Shown piece by piece: positions 1 to 10,628 of a DNA stretch of 64,000 nucleotides. The DNA is from Akkermansiaceae bacterium (lineage in GTDB: Bacteria; Verrucomicrobiota; Verrucomicrobiia; Verrucomicrobiales; Akkermansiaceae). The stretch covers positions 1,305 to 65,304 of the forward strand of contig JAYTLO010000077.1 of the NCBI GenBank assembly GCA_043729385.1. Direction: 5' to 3'. The notes under the pieces are model-generated. The model worked only from the letters and a program-made list of their open reading frames with translations. It searched no databases and was not told where the DNA came from. The position numbers were made by a program, and so were the translations under genes. How positions within the stretch are numbered: the stretch's first letter is position 1; each line of letters begins with the position of its first letter.

Positions 1-1963
1 CTTGGTCCTTGGTCCGGCGCAGGATCAAGGGGCCGACTCGTTCTTTCAGCACTGCGTTGCGCTCCGCGTCACCGTCTTTTTCGATGGGCGTGCGGAAGCG
101 TTTGTTGAACGCGTCTTCCGTGCCGAGGAAGCCGGGGACGAGGAAATTCATCAAACTCCAAAGCTCGCCGAGGTGATTCTCGATCGGCGTGCCTGATAGG
201 CAAAGCCGGTTGCGCGCATCCAGCTTACAAGCCGCTTGCGCAATTTTCGAGCGGGGGTTCTTGATGTATTGCGCCTCGTCCAGCACGACGAGGTGGAACG
301 GCACGGCCGCCAGTTTCTCGATGTCTCGCTGGAGCAGCGCGAACGATGTTAGAACGATGTCGGCATGGGGAATCGAGCGATAATACTTTTTCCGCTCCGG
401 TCCATTGAGCACCAGCACGCGCAAGCTTGGGGTAAATCTGAGTGCTTCGGCCCGCCAGTTCGGGACGACGGATGTCGGCGCGATGACGAGCGTGGGCAGG
501 CCTCGCGAGTGGCCGGTTTGTTTTTCTGTTAAAATGTGGGCGAGCGTCTGAAGCGTTTTTCCCAGCCCCATATCATCTGCTAGAATCCCGTGAAGTCCGT
601 GGCGGGCGAGAAACTGCATCCACTGAAAACCCGCGAGCTGATAGTCGCGCAAGGTCGCTTGCAGGCCGCTGGGCATCGGCACTGCGTCGATGCCGGAGAA
701 GTCCTTGAGCTTCGCCGCCAGCTCCTTGAGGTCGGGCGGGGTGTCGATGCCCAGCCCGCCCAGGCCGGCCAACGACGCGGCGTCGAGCGCGTGCAGCCGC
801 GCCTTGTCGGGGAATCGCGGGTCGATCAATGCTGATAGATGATTGAGAATTTTCCTCACTCGGCCGATCGGCAGCTTCAGTGCATCGCCATCGGGCAGCG
901 GCGCGTAGATGTGGCCGTTGTCCGGGCGGTCGAGAGTTTCCTCTAGGAAATCGCCCTCTAGCAGCCCGGCGAGGATCGGCAGCAAATCGTAGCGCTGGCC
1001 CCCTACTTCGAAGCCGACTGATAGACTGAACCAGCCACCATCGCCGGGGTTGATCGAACTCTCCCAGTTCGCCGGATCTGCCTCGTGGACGCGGTGGCCG
1101 ACATTGTCCGAGACCGTGACTTGCCAACCGAGCGCCTCTAACCGCATCACCATTTCTCCACGGAACTGGTGCCAGAAGGCGTCGGTCGGGACGCGGCTGG
1201 GATCGGGAAACCAGCGGTCTGGTCCCTTACCACGGCTTGGTTCGCGGGACTTGAGGTTGAGGAGAAACTGCCAAGCAGAGTTCGATTGCAGCGAGGAAAG
1301 CCCGGTATCGCGGAGCTGCTGGGTGGCGGCATTTTCCGCAGCGGCGTCGTGCTGGAGGATCGCAGCCTGACCGTCGTGGGTGATCGCGCTGATCCACTCC
1401 GGTGCGCTGGACCGCAGCGAACTACGATGCGTGCCGTAAACCACCGCCGCCTCGGCGGAAATCCAAAAGTCCGGGTCCGGCTGGCCTAACGACTGGAGCA
1501 ACAGGCGCGTCGCCTTGTCCACCGGCTCGCGCGTGACCCGTAGCTCGAAACGCGGCTCCATCCTCATCCGCAGCAAATCCGGCGGCGGGTCTTTCATCAA
1601 CTCGCGTGCACTCGGCAGCGCCGCCGCCACCGCCCCGGCCACTCCTCTGCCGTGCAATCTCGATGGATCGCGCTCCTTCGCCGCCTTCGTTAGAATCGCC
1701 GCCGCGTGGTGGCAAAAATTTCCGATCTCGCACGAGCAAAACGTCTCAAACTCCCACCGCTGCCCGGTCTGCCAGAGATTCACCTCAGTCTCATCCTTGC
1801 CGACGATTCCTATCAGACTCACCGATCCCGGCGCGGTTTCCTCAATCCGCAAATCCTTCACCTTACCCACCAGCGGATTCGCAGCAGCGAGGATCTCGTC
1901 GTCGAAACGATCCCTCCACCGGGAGTCCCCGAGGAATGATGAAATGTCGGCGTTTTCTAGCAA
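1..1963 (-). CDS. SWIM zinc finger + SNF2-family helicase/ATPase (3' end runs off the window; start uncertain)
   Basis: Manual minus-strand translation gives CSCEIGNFCHH (SWIM), GILADDMGLGKTLQT (motif I), VLDEAQYIKNP (motif II) and LSGTPIENHLGELW. Not in the ORF track because the stop lies outside the window. TTG at 1963 is tentative. Confidence 0.9.
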   Translation of the reverse strand, partial: MLENADISSFLGDSRWRDRFDDEILAAANPLVGKVKDLRIEETAPGSVSLIGIVGKDETEVNLWQTGQRWEFETFCSCEIGNFCHHAAAILTKAAKERDPSRLHGRGVAGAVAAALPSARELMKDPPPDLLRMRMEPRFELRVTREPVDKATRLLLQSLGQPDPDFWISAEAAVVYGTHRSSLRSSAPEWISAITHDGQAAILQHDAAAENAATQQLRDTGLSSLQSNSAWQFLLNLKSREPSRGKGPDRWFPDPSRVPTDAFWHQFRGEMVMRLEALGWQVTVSDNVGHRVHEADPANWESSINPGDGGWFSLSVGFEVGGQRYDLLPILAGLLEGDFLEETLDRPDNGHIYAPLPDGDALKLPIGRVRKILNHLSALIDPRFPDKARLHALDAASLAGLGGLGIDTPPDLKELAAKLKDFSGIDAVPMPSGLQATLRDYQLAGFQWMQFLARHGLHGILADDMGLGKTLQTLAHILTEKQTGHSRGLPTLVIAPTSVVPNWRAEALRFTPSLRVLVLNGPERKKYYRSIPHADIVLTSFALLQRDIEKLAAVPFHLVVLDEAQYIKNPRSKIAQAACKLDARNRLCLSGTPIENHLGELWSLMNFLVPGFLGTEDAFNKRFRTPIEKDGDAERNAVLKERVGPLILRRTKDQ

Positions 1964-2001
1964 TGGATAGCTTTGTTGATCACAACTCAGATTCAAACGA
2001 A

Positions 2002-2402
2002 TCAGTTCTGTTCTGGATGTTCGGGTACAGGCGACGTCACTGCGGAGATCCTTAGATAATGAACTTCGCCCGCGAGCGTCGCGACCATGATACAGCCTCT
2101 TTTCTCCCGCCGGAAGTAAAAGCACTGCACGATGCGACCCGCCAACATTCCACCGCCGTGGAAGAAATCATAACGCGAGTGATGTTGGAGAAGCAAATTG
2201 AGTGCCGAAGCGTCGAGGCCCAGCTGCTCTTCAGACCGATGGCGACAATCCGACTCAGTTCTTTATTGTTGGCGGGCTTACCCGCATCCATAAAGGATTT
2301 GTCTTCTGATAGATCAAGGAACCGACTCGCAACTTTATACAGATCGCTTTCGGTGGAAACGCTATGGAGGAGGTCTTTGAGAGCTTGGTCCAGTGGGTTC
2401 AT
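2002..2402 (-). pseudogene. Small hypothetical gene, apparently frameshifted
   Basis: Two overlapping ORFs in different frames (2052..2402 and 2002..2196) each look protein-like over only half their length. Probable shift near 2190-2230. Confidence 0.5.
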
Positions 2403-2476
2403 GGGGAGTCAGCTGAATGAGGTGAGACGGTTCTTCTATCACCTTCGTTGACTGGCGAAATAAATTTCGCGGTCCG

Positions 2477-3619
2477 TCAGAGCAGCCACAGCGTCTTCAT
2501 CGCCTCGGCGCGGACGAGGGCGTCACCGCCGATGAAATTTGCGTGCCCCATTTTGCGGCGGCCGCGGGCGTGGCGTTTGCCGTAGAGATGGAGATGGGCC
2601 TCGCCGTCTGCGAAGAGCGGCAGCCAGTCGGGCGGTGTGGTTTCGTTCTCCCACATGTCGCCTAACAAGTTGAGCATCACCACCGGGGTGAGCAAGCGCG
2701 TGGAACCTAACGGCAGGCCGATCACCGCGCGGAGCTGTTGCGCAAACTGCGAGGTGACGCACGAGTCGAGCGTGTGGTGGCCGGAGTTGTGAGGGCGTGG
2801 GGCGATCTCATTGACGAGCAAGGTGCCGTCGGTTTTGAGAAAAAATTCCACGCCTAAAATCCCGCGATAGTCTAGGGCTTCGGCCACGCGGCGGGCGATG
2901 GCCGCTGCTTCTAACGCCACCGCCGGTGAGACGCGTGCCGGGATGATCGAGATGTCCAAGATGTGATGGCGATGGCGGTTCTCCGCAGGATCGTAGGTCA
3001 CGGTGACGCCATCCGCCCCGCGCGCGGCCATTACCGAGAGCTCCTTTTCGAAGGGCACCCACGCTTCTAACACGGCACGCGGCGCTTCGAATGCCGCCCA
3101 GACTTTTTCCGGATCTTCGTCGCCTTCCAGCTTCACCTGGCCCTTGCCGTCGTAACCGAAATCGGCGGTCTTGAGCACGCCAGGGCCGGCCAGTTCCTGC
3201 ATTGCTGCGGCGAGATTCGCAGCGCTGGAAATGACGGCATACCAAGTGTGCGGGATGTTATTTTCCCGCAGGAAATTCTTCTCGCGCTCGCGATTCTGGG
3301 TGATGCAGATGGCGTGGGGCGAGGGATGGATTTCGGCGCATTTGGCGACCGCCTCCAGCGTCTCGCACGGGATATTTTCAAACTCCACCGTGGCCACCGT
3401 GATGCGGCTGCAGAAATCTGCGAGCGCGGCCGCATCGTCGAACGGCAGGTCGATGACCTCGTCCGCACACTCCACGGCGGGTGCTTCGAGGCCGCCGGTC
3501 CAGATGACCGTGCGCACGCCCATCCGGCGGGCTGCGAGGGCGATCATGCGGCCGAGCTGGCCGCCACCGATGACGCCGACGACACAATGCGGCGCGTGAA
3601 TGGGAAGGTTAGAAGACAT
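2477..3619 (-). CDS. purK: N5-carboxyaminoimidazole ribonucleotide synthase
   Basis: GVIGGGQLGRM, GYDGKGQ, NEIAPRPHNSGH and RKMGH motifs; adjacent to purE. Start trimmed to MSSNLP. Confidence 0.97.
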   Translation of the reverse strand: MSSNLPIHAPHCVVGVIGGGQLGRMIALAARRMGVRTVIWTGGLEAPAVECADEVIDLPFDDAAALADFCSRITVATVEFENIPCETLEAVAKCAEIHPSPHAICITQNREREKNFLRENNIPHTWYAVISSAANLAAAMQELAGPGVLKTADFGYDGKGQVKLEGDEDPEKVWAAFEAPRAVLEAWVPFEKELSVMAARGADGVTVTYDPAENRHRHHILDISIIPARVSPAVALEAAAIARRVAEALDYRGILGVEFFLKTDGTLLVNEIAPRPHNSGHHTLDSCVTSQFAQQLRAVIGLPLGSTRLLTPVVMLNLLGDMWENETTPPDWLPLFADGEAHLHLYGKRHARGRRKMGHANFIGGDALVRAEAMKTLWLL

Positions 3620-3623
3620 GCAA

Positions 3624-4130
3624 TCAGTCAATGGGATCGAGAGGAGGCAGCGCGGCGGAGAGTACGGCGGCGCTTTGGTTTTTACGGAAAATGGCAAGTT
3701 TTTCGGCGAGGCGGGCGTCGTTGTTAGCGAGCATCGCCACCGCGAAGAGCGCGGCATTGATCGCCCCCGGCTTGCCGATGGCGAAGGTGGCCGTGGGGAT
3801 GCCGGCGGGCATTTGGACGATGGAGAGCAGCGAGTCCACGCCTTGCAGCGCCTTGGATTCCACCGGCACGCCGAGCACCGGGATGTCCGTGATGGCGGCA
3901 GTCATCCCCGGCAAATGCGCGGCACCACCGGCTCCGGCGATTATGCATTGCAAGCCGCGACTCCGCGCCGTTTCCGCGTAGGAAACCAGCTTACCCGGCG
4001 TCCGGTGCGCACTCACGACTTCCGCCTCCCACGCCACCCCCAAGTCCCGCAGCGTGCGGGCGGCGTGCTCCATCGTCGGCCAATCCGACGTGCTTCCCAT
4101 GATGATTCCGACGACAGGCGCTGAGTTCAT
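3624..4130 (-). CDS. purE: N5-CAIR mutase
   Basis: [25 protein letters not shown] and [10 protein letters not shown] motifs. Confidence 0.98.
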   Translation of the reverse strand: MNSAPVVGIIMGSTSDWPTMEHAARTLRDLGVAWEAEVVSAHRTPGKLVSYAETARSRGLQCIIAGAGGAAHLPGMTAAITDIPVLGVPVESKALQGVDSLLSIVQMPAGIPTATFAIGKPGAINAALFAVAMLANNDARLAEKLAIFRKNQSAAVLSAALPPLDPID

Positions 4131-4229
4131 GCTCGGCAGCGTGGCGGACTCGCTGCAACCCGTCAACACGCGCATCATCGAGGATTTCCACCGCTTTACG
4201 GTCGGTCCATTCGCCGCTATTTTGACCGC

Positions 4230-4826
4230 ATGGAAATCTTCGACCGGCTAGAACTCTCTCTCCGCGATGGCACGCCCGTCGTCGCCCGGCCCCTGATCCC
4301 GGAAGATAGGCCCGAGCTTGCGGAGGCCTATCGGCGGCTCTCCCCGGCGGCCCGCTACAACCGCTTTTGGACCCACACCGGCGAAGTCGTGGGTGAAAAA
4401 ATGCTCTCTCGCGTGCTTGATCAAGATCCCTCGACCCACGTCTCCTGGACCGTGCTCGACCTTTCTCGCGAGTTCTGCCCGCTCGGTGGCGCAAGCTGGT
4501 GGCGCAATCCCGAGCGACCCGCCAAAGCGGAAATTTCCCTCATCGTCCTCGACGCCGAGCAAGGTCGCGGCATCGGCACCCTGTTGTTAGCCATCATGTG
4601 GCTAACAGCCTTCCGCGCCGGAGTGGAAGTCATGGTCGGCCACGTCCTAACGGAGAACCGCCAAGCCGCCGGCTGGATGCGCGACTGCGGCGCCGCGGGC
4701 GAATGGGACGGCTACAAACTGACCTACCGCTGGAGTCTAGACGACCTCGAAACCCTACCCGCCACCCGCGCCGCCACAGAACTCGCGGAATGGCTAGCAA
4801 GCCTGGGCCCGAAGATTCTTGGGTGA
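4230..4826 (+). CDS. GNAT acetyltransferase (resembles the GNAT domain of Pat/Pka acyltransferases)
   Basis: [12 protein letters not shown]...[10 protein letters not shown]; QGRGIG acetyl-CoA motif; VLTEN. Confidence 0.85.
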   Translation: MEIFDRLELSLRDGTPVVARPLIPEDRPELAEAYRRLSPAARYNRFWTHTGEVVGEKMLSRVLDQDPSTHVSWTVLDLSREFCPLGGASWWRNPERPAKAEISLIVLDAEQGRGIGTLLLAIMWLTAFRAGVEVMVGHVLTENRQAAGWMRDCGAAGEWDGYKLTYRWSLDDLETLPATRAATELAEWLASLGPKILG

Positions 4827-5008
4827 GCCGCATAGTCAGAATGAACCCCACGGCCTTTATAGCTGGAACTCTTTGTCTCTCTAACAACCGGCTGTTAAGC
4901 GCGATTCGCACGAGTGGGTTCTGGCTTATCCGCCAATTGCCTTTGCGACTGCGCGCTTCTAGATAAACGCAGTCGGGATGGATCCTTAACGCAAGCCATC
5001 TAGGACCG

Positions 5009-6106
5009 CTAGACCTTGCCGACAGGCTCCATTTTACCCGTGGCGATGGATCGATAGATTGCTTCGATGACTAGCAGATCCCGCAGGCCTTCCACGCCGG
5101 ATGGCTCGAAGGGTTTGTTGCCGAGGATGGCGGTCGAGAAGGCATCCATTTCCATGGCGAAGTGATCCGTGGCGGGAAAGGCGAGGGGGACTTTCGGGTC
5201 GGAGGTCCAACCTGCTAGACCGCCGTAGCCGTAGCTGGGCTTCATCCCGAAGCGGCCTTTCGCGGCGTAGGCGGTGAAGTCTTCGCGGCCGTTAAAGCGG
5301 TAAGTGGTGAGGCAGTTAGAGGTCGCGCCGGAGGGAAATTTCATGGACCACGTGATGGTCTCATCGACCTCGGCGAACTTCACGGGGTCGGTCTTGGTCT
5401 CGAAGGCGGTGACTTCCAGCGGCTCCTCACCGGTGAGGTAGCGACAGGCTTGGAGGGCGTAAATGCCGACGTCCATCATCGCACCGCCGCCTGCTAGATT
5501 TTTACGGAGCCGCCATTGCTTGGGATCGCCGATGGCGAAACCGAAGCCCGCATCCACATGATAGAGGCGGCCGAAAACCTGCTCGCGCGCGAAGCGGATG
5601 GCTTCCTGGTGGTGTGGCTCGAAGCGGCAACGGTAAGCAATCCCTAACTGGCGCTTGGCGGCCTCGCAGGCGGCGATCATTTCACGGCATTCTTGGGCGC
5701 TGTTGGCCATCGGCTTCTCGCAGAAGACATGCTTGCCGGCCTTGGCCGCGCGGAGCGTGAATTCGTGGTGCATGCTATTGGGCAGGACGATGTAAACGAC
5801 GTCGATGGCGGGATCGGCGATGATCTTGTCGAAGGTCTCGTAGGAATAGACCTTGTCGGCGGCGAGTCCGTATTTTTCCTGCCATTTGACGCCCTTTTCA
5901 GGGGTGCCGGTGACGACGGCGGCGAGCTGACTGTGCTGACATTTCGCGAAAGCGGGGGCGATTTGGTTGGTGCTCAGCGAGCCGAGGCCGACGAGTGCCC
6001 AACCGAGTTTTTTCGCGGGCGGTGGAGATTCTTGGGCGCGGGCGGCGAGGGTCGCAAGCGAGGCTCCGATGGCGGTCTTGAGAAATGGGCGGCGGGTGAA
6101 GTTCAT
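5009..6106 (-). CDS. Tat-exported Gfo/Idh/MocA oxidoreductase (glucose-fructose oxidoreductase-like)
   Basis: TRRPFLK Tat motif; GLGSLS; AGKHVFCEKP; GGGAMMDVGIY. Confidence 0.93.
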   Translation of the reverse strand: MNFTRRPFLKTAIGASLATLAARAQESPPPAKKLGWALVGLGSLSTNQIAPAFAKCQHSQLAAVVTGTPEKGVKWQEKYGLAADKVYSYETFDKIIADPAIDVVYIVLPNSMHHEFTLRAAKAGKHVFCEKPMANSAQECREMIAACEAAKRQLGIAYRCRFEPHHQEAIRFAREQVFGRLYHVDAGFGFAIGDPKQWRLRKNLAGGGAMMDVGIYALQACRYLTGEEPLEVTAFETKTDPVKFAEVDETITWSMKFPSGATSNCLTTYRFNGREDFTAYAAKGRFGMKPSYGYGGLAGWTSDPKVPLAFPATDHFAMEMDAFSTAILGNKPFEPSGVEGLRDLLVIEAIYRSIATGKMEPVGKV

Positions 6107-6224
6107 GGGGGATAGTGGGATATCTAGCGGAAACCATTTCCGCAGATCATGGGAAAAACTTGGAGGCTGGGATGCGGGCGGGCAAGCAGCGTTTGCTGGG
6201 CGACTGACATCAGGTTGAGGAATC

Positions 6225-6358
6225 TAACCGGGAATGGACGCGAATAGACGCGAATGTTTTGAAACAAGAAGGATTTCTTGAAAATGCCCCACCGAGACCA
6301 ACCGAGACCAACCTGAAAACTTATCCAATTCGCGTCCATTCGCGTTCATTAGCGGTTA
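6225..6358. repeat. Intergenic inverted repeat with 10-bp periodic arms (GGACGCGAAT type)
   Basis: Left arm 6225-6255 matches the reverse complement of 6328-6358 at 27/31. The spacer holds a tandem ACCGAGACCA x2. Confidence 0.85.
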
Positions 6359-6410
6359 AAAATCCACAATGAGGGCACCTTGCAGTGGGGCGAATGAAGT
6401 CGCTCGCAAT

Positions 6411-7199
6411 CTAACTCCCAGCTCCGGCTGGAAAGACGAGGCTGAGTAACATCGTGAGGAAAAAGTTCACGATCAGGATCGCCAGCGAGGAATAGACCAT
6501 CGCGCGGGTAGTGCCGCGGCCGACGCCGACTGCGCCTTGATCCGCTTTGAGGCCTTGGTGGCAGGACAGGACGACGATCAACATGCCGAAAACGAGACCC
6601 TTGGTCATCGCGATGATGACGTCCGAGCCGTCGGTGTGCAGGTTCATTTGGTGGAGCCAATACGCGCCGTTGACGTTGAATGGCCCGGTGCCGACGACCA
6701 GCGAAGCGAGGATGCCGAAGGCCGCGGATTCGGCGATGAGCAGCGGCATGGCCACCCACATGGCGAGGAAACGCGGAGTCACCAAGTAGTCAATCGGGTG
6801 GACGTCCATCGAGCGCAGCGCGTCAATTTGCTCGGTCACTCGCATGGTGCCGATCTCCGCAGCCATCGCCGCACCGACCCGGCCGGCAAGCATCAGCGCC
6901 GTCACGGATGGGCCGAGTTCGCGAAGCATCGCCACGCTGACCAGTGCGCCGCCACCGGTTTCCATGCCGAGTGGTTTGAATTGAAACAAGGCCTGCGCCG
7001 CCAGCACGGCTCCGGTGAAAGCGCCGGTCATGATCACCACCGGCTGCGAGCGGAAGCCGGTTTCCGCGATCTGTTCGAGCACCAATCGCCAGCGGATTTT
7101 ACCGTGGAGGAGCGAGTCGCAGACGGCGGCCAAGAGGTTGCCGATTTCCCCCAGATAGATGAAGAAGGCCAACGCGCTGCCACCGATGAACTGAAACAC
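6411..7199 (-). CDS. mlaE: MlaE-family ABC permease
   Basis: RELGP, AGRVGAAMAAEIGTMRVTEQIDAL and GAVGVGRGTTRAMV motifs. Confidence 0.93.
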   Translation of the reverse strand: MFQFIGGSALAFFIYLGEIGNLLAAVCDSLLHGKIRWRLVLEQIAETGFRSQPVVIMTGAFTGAVLAAQALFQFKPLGMETGGGALVSVAMLRELGPSVTALMLAGRVGAAMAAEIGTMRVTEQIDALRSMDVHPIDYLVTPRFLAMWVAMPLLIAESAAFGILASLVVGTGPFNVNGAYWLHQMNLHTDGSDVIIAMTKGLVFGMLIVVLSCHQGLKADQGAVGVGRGTTRAMVYSSLAILIVNFFLTMLLSLVFPAGAGS

Positions 7200-7304
7200 G
7201 GCGCTATCATGCCGCAGAAATTCCGCATGGCAATGAAGTTGACCGGCAGGGTTTCCCGGCGATACAAGCCCGCGCGCTTGAGCGCGTGACTTCCTACCCA
7301 GTTT

Positions 7305-8387
7305 ATGAACGAGACTCTAACACACCTTTCCGCTGTTCTTCCCGTGCTTGCCGTCCTTGCCGCCGTTTTCGGTTTCCTCGGCTGGTCGGTGCGTGGCGTG
7401 AGCAACCAGCCCGCCCCGACTAAAGCCACCAAGGCCGCTCCCGCCAGCGACAAGGGGCAACAGGATCGGGCGAAAAATCTCGAGACTGCTTTGGAAAAAT
7501 CCAAGACCGCTCATAAGAACGTGAAGGCCGAGCTGGAAAATCTCCAGGCTTCGTCCGTTTCCAAAACAACCCTAGAAACCACCGCCGCCGAGCTGGATGC
7601 CGCGCGTAAAGCACTCGAAACGGAAGCCAAACGCAGCTCCTCGCTCGAGGCCGATCTTAAAAAATCTCAGGACACCGTCAGGAACCTCAACAGCCGCGCC
7701 AACGACGGGGAAAAGGCCCAGAAGGACCGCAGCTTCGCCCTCGAGAACGAGCTTTCGAAAACCCGCGAGCAACTCGCGATCCTCCAAAACCGCCCCGGCG
7801 ACAGCGCCGTGCTCAACGCCGAAATCGAGCGGCTCCGCGAATCCGTGGCCGTTTCCACCCGCTTCGCCGGAGAAATGAGAAAGCGCGAGGCGACCGCCGT
7901 CGAGTCGTTGGAAAAAGCCATCGCCCAGCTCGCTAACGTGAGCGATTCATCCCGCCCGGTCGCCGCCGTGGAGCGGAAAATCGGCCCAGTCGTGGACTCC
8001 GGACGCATCGCCGCCGCGAAGGCCGAAGTCCTCCGCTTAGTCGAAGCTAACAAGAAGAAGGAAGCCGAAATCCCTGCTTTCGCAGCCCCCGTCATTCTTG
8101 CCGCGCTTCCTGTCATTGTCGAAGAAGTTGCTGAAATCGTTGAGGAAGCTCCTGCAATTATGGAGGAAGCCCCTCCCAGCCTCGAAGAAACTCCTGCGGC
8201 CATTGAGGAAATTCCCGACACTCTTGAACCCATCCCGACCTTTGAGGAAGAGGCACCCGAAATGATCGAGGAAGTCGCTCCGATCATCGAGGAACCTACG
8301 ATTTCCCATGAGCCTCTTGCGCCCAAGGATGAGGTCACTGCCCCGAAAAAATTACAGGTTGCCGCAGATTTATTCGCGTTAGATTGA
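7305..8387 (+). CDS. Membrane-anchored coiled-coil protein with acidic repetitive tail
   Basis: N-terminal TM helix, long heptad region, then EE-containing 7-aa repeats. Confidence 0.75.
   Translation: MNETLTHLSAVLPVLAVLAAVFGFLGWSVRGVSNQPAPTKATKAAPASDKGQQDRAKNLETALEKSKTAHKNVKAELENLQASSVSKTTLETTAAELDAARKALETEAKRSSSLEADLKKSQDTVRNLNSRANDGEKAQKDRSFALENELSKTREQLAILQNRPGDSAVLNAEIERLRESVAVSTRFAGEMRKREATAVESLEKAIAQLANVSDSSRPVAAVERKIGPVVDSGRIAAAKAEVLRLVEANKKKEAEIPAFAAPVILAALPVIVEEVAEIVEEAPAIMEEAPPSLEETPAAIEEIPDTLEPIPTFEEEAPEMIEEVAPIIEEPTISHEPLAPKDEVTAPKKLQVAADLFALD
8115..8300 (+). repeat. Degenerate 21-bp (7-aa) coding tandem repeat, about 9 units
   Basis: IVEEVAE IVEEAPA IMEEAPP SLEETPA AIEEIPD TLEPIPT FEEEAPE MIEEVAP IIEEPT. 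Confidence 0.8.
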
Positions 8388-8449
8388 CCCGCTCCAGCAG
8401 GCGACCTGAAAGGGAACTGCCACAAACTTCCGTAACGCCCACTTTTCTC

Positions 8450-10627
8450 ATGCGAAATTCCCTCTCTCTCGCCCTCCTCTGCGTGGCCACCGCAGCAGCC
8501 GCTCCCATTCAGAAGGACACCATCGCCGAAGGATTTCACGACCCGATGTCCCTCGCCATCGCCCCTGACGGCGACGTCTACGTGGTCGAGCGGGAAGGCC
8601 GATTGTTCCGCATCCGCCCCGAAACTGGCGGCCTGTTTGAAATCGGCAACCTCCCCGTTTCCGCCCTGCGAGCCGCCGATCCCAAGAGCGATTCCGCCGT
8701 GGAGGACGGCCTTCAAGGGATCGCGCTCGATCCCGGATTCGCGCGCAATCAGCGGCTCTTTCTCTACTACAGCGACCCGGTGAAACTCATCGACCGCCTT
8801 TCCCGCTTCCAGCTCAAGGACGGCCTGCTCGACCTCACCTCGGAACTCATGCTGCTAGAAGTCCTAGTCCAGCGGCACGACCGGATCTGTCACCACGGCG
8901 GCTCCGTCCAGTTTGGCCCGGACGGCTTGCTCTACCTCAGCGTGGGGGACAATACGAACCCCTTCGCCAGCGACGGCTCAGCGCCCATCGACAATCAGGA
9001 AAACCGCCTGCCATGGGACGCCGCACGCAGCGCGGGCAACACCAACGACCTTCGCGGGAAAATCCTCCGCATCCGCCCGACCGAGACTGGCTACGAAATC
9101 CCACCCGCCAATTTATTTCAAGTGGGCACCGCCAAGACCCGCCCGGAAATCTACGCGATGGGCTGCCGCAACCCGTTCCGCATGTCCATCGACTCGAAAA
9201 ACAGCGTCGTCTATTGGGGCGAAGTCGGCCCGGATGCAGGTGCTCCCTCGGACAAAGGCCCAGCCGGCCATGACGAGGTGAACCAAGCCAAAACTGCCGG
9301 AAATTTCGGCTGGCCGTTCCTCGTCGGCAACAACAAGCCGTACGCGATCAAGGATTTCGCCACCGGCAAGATCGGTCGCATGACCGATCCCGCTGCGCCG
9401 CAAAACACCAGCATTCGCAACACCGGCCTCACCGATTTGCCGCCCGGGCAGTCCGCCTTCATCTGGTATCCCTACGCCGAGAGTCCCGAATTTCCCGTGA
9501 TGGGCAAGGGCGGGCGCAATGCGATGGCCGGCCCGGTCTTCTACTTCGATCCAGCCCGCCGCTACAATCTCCTCCCCAAAGAAGACGATCACACCTTGCT
9601 CACCTACGACTGGATTCGTGGAAAAATCTGGAAGGCCAAGCTCGGCGCGGGCGAAAAACTCACCAGCCTCACCCTCCTCGAAGCAGGCTTCCGCCACCCC
9701 ATGGACATGGAAATGGCCAACGACGGCTCCGTCTGGCTGCTCGACTATGGCTCCGAGTGGTGGTTCAACAAAAACGGATTTCTTTCCCGCCTGCTCCCGA
9801 CTTCCGCCAACCGCTCGCCAGTCATCTCCATCCAGCCCGTCGCCGGTAAGGACCGCAGCTTTTCCGTCCAGTCCGCGACCGATCCCGACAACGACTCAAT
9901 TACCGTCACTTGGTGGCTCACCACCGGCGCGACTGAGCGCAAACTTGGCAGCGGCTCCAGCATCACCCTGCCCGCCGGGGAAGGGAGCGAAGTGCGCGCC
10001 GTGGCCTCAGACGGCAAGAGTCCGAACTCCGTCGCCCGCATTTCCCTCACTCAGGAAATCACCGCCCCCGAGCTCACGCTCAAGCTCACGGACAATGCGA
10101 AAGCCTACGGCTTCGGTGCGACCGTCGATTTCAAAATCAGCGGCACGCCCACTCCAGACGCCGCTCAAGTAATCGTCCGCGCCCGTTACATTCCATCGAC
10201 CGGCCACGACGCCGGCGGACCGCAGCTCAGCCCAGAAATCACCGCCCTCGTCACCGCCAACCTCTGCCTCGCCTGCCATCAAGTGGACCGCCCATCCGTC
10301 GGCCCGGCTTACCTCAATGTCTCACTCAAATACCGCGACCGCCCAGATGCCATCGACTATATAAAGGCCAAGCTCAAAACCGGCGGTGCCGGTGCTTGGG
10401 GTGAAGTGCCGATGCCACCTCAGATCGCCCTCAAAGACGGCGATTCAGGCACCATCGTCCGCGCCATCCTCGGTCTATCAGAAGGCATCAGCGAAACCAA
10501 AGGCAGCGTCGCGGGAAAACTCCAACTCGCGCCGAAACCCGCCACCGGCGGACCTGGCGGAGCGTGGGAGTTTAGCGCCGAAGCCCCCGGCTTCACCACC
10601 GCCAAGTTCCGCATCCCGGCGAACTAA
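8450..10627 (+). CDS. Secreted glucose/sorbosone dehydrogenase-like beta-propeller fused to a c-type cytochrome
   Basis: Signal peptide; CHHGGSVQFGPDGLLY, DLRGKILRI and GCRNPFR; CLACH heme motif with GPAY and WGEVPMPPQ. Confidence 0.88.
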   Translation: MRNSLSLALLCVATAAAAPIQKDTIAEGFHDPMSLAIAPDGDVYVVEREGRLFRIRPETGGLFEIGNLPVSALRAADPKSDSAVEDGLQGIALDPGFARNQRLFLYYSDPVKLIDRLSRFQLKDGLLDLTSELMLLEVLVQRHDRICHHGGSVQFGPDGLLYLSVGDNTNPFASDGSAPIDNQENRLPWDAARSAGNTNDLRGKILRIRPTETGYEIPPANLFQVGTAKTRPEIYAMGCRNPFRMSIDSKNSVVYWGEVGPDAGAPSDKGPAGHDEVNQAKTAGNFGWPFLVGNNKPYAIKDFATGKIGRMTDPAAPQNTSIRNTGLTDLPPGQSAFIWYPYAESPEFPVMGKGGRNAMAGPVFYFDPARRYNLLPKEDDHTLLTYDWIRGKIWKAKLGAGEKLTSLTLLEAGFRHPMDMEMANDGSVWLLDYGSEWWFNKNGFLSRLLPTSANRSPVISIQPVAGKDRSFSVQSATDPDNDSITVTWWLTTGATERKLGSGSSITLPAGEGSEVRAVASDGKSPNSVARISLTQEITAPELTLKLTDNAKAYGFGATVDFKISGTPTPDAAQVIVRARYIPSTGHDAGGPQLSPEITALVTANLCLACHQVDRPSVGPAYLNVSLKYRDRPDAIDYIKAKLKTGGAGAWGEVPMPPQIALKDGDSGTIVRAILGLSEGISETKGSVAGKLQLAPKPATGGPGGAWEFSAEAPGFTTAKFRIPAN

Positions 10628-10628
10628 C

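Noticed and set aside
1-1963. SNF2 helicase as part of an anti-phage system
   Set aside because: SWIM-SNF2 proteins are common stand-alone genes, no defence partners are visible, and the downstream context is outside the window.
6225-6358. Periodic repeats as a CRISPR array
   Set aside because: Units are 7-10 bp with no unique spacers and no cas genes in the window.
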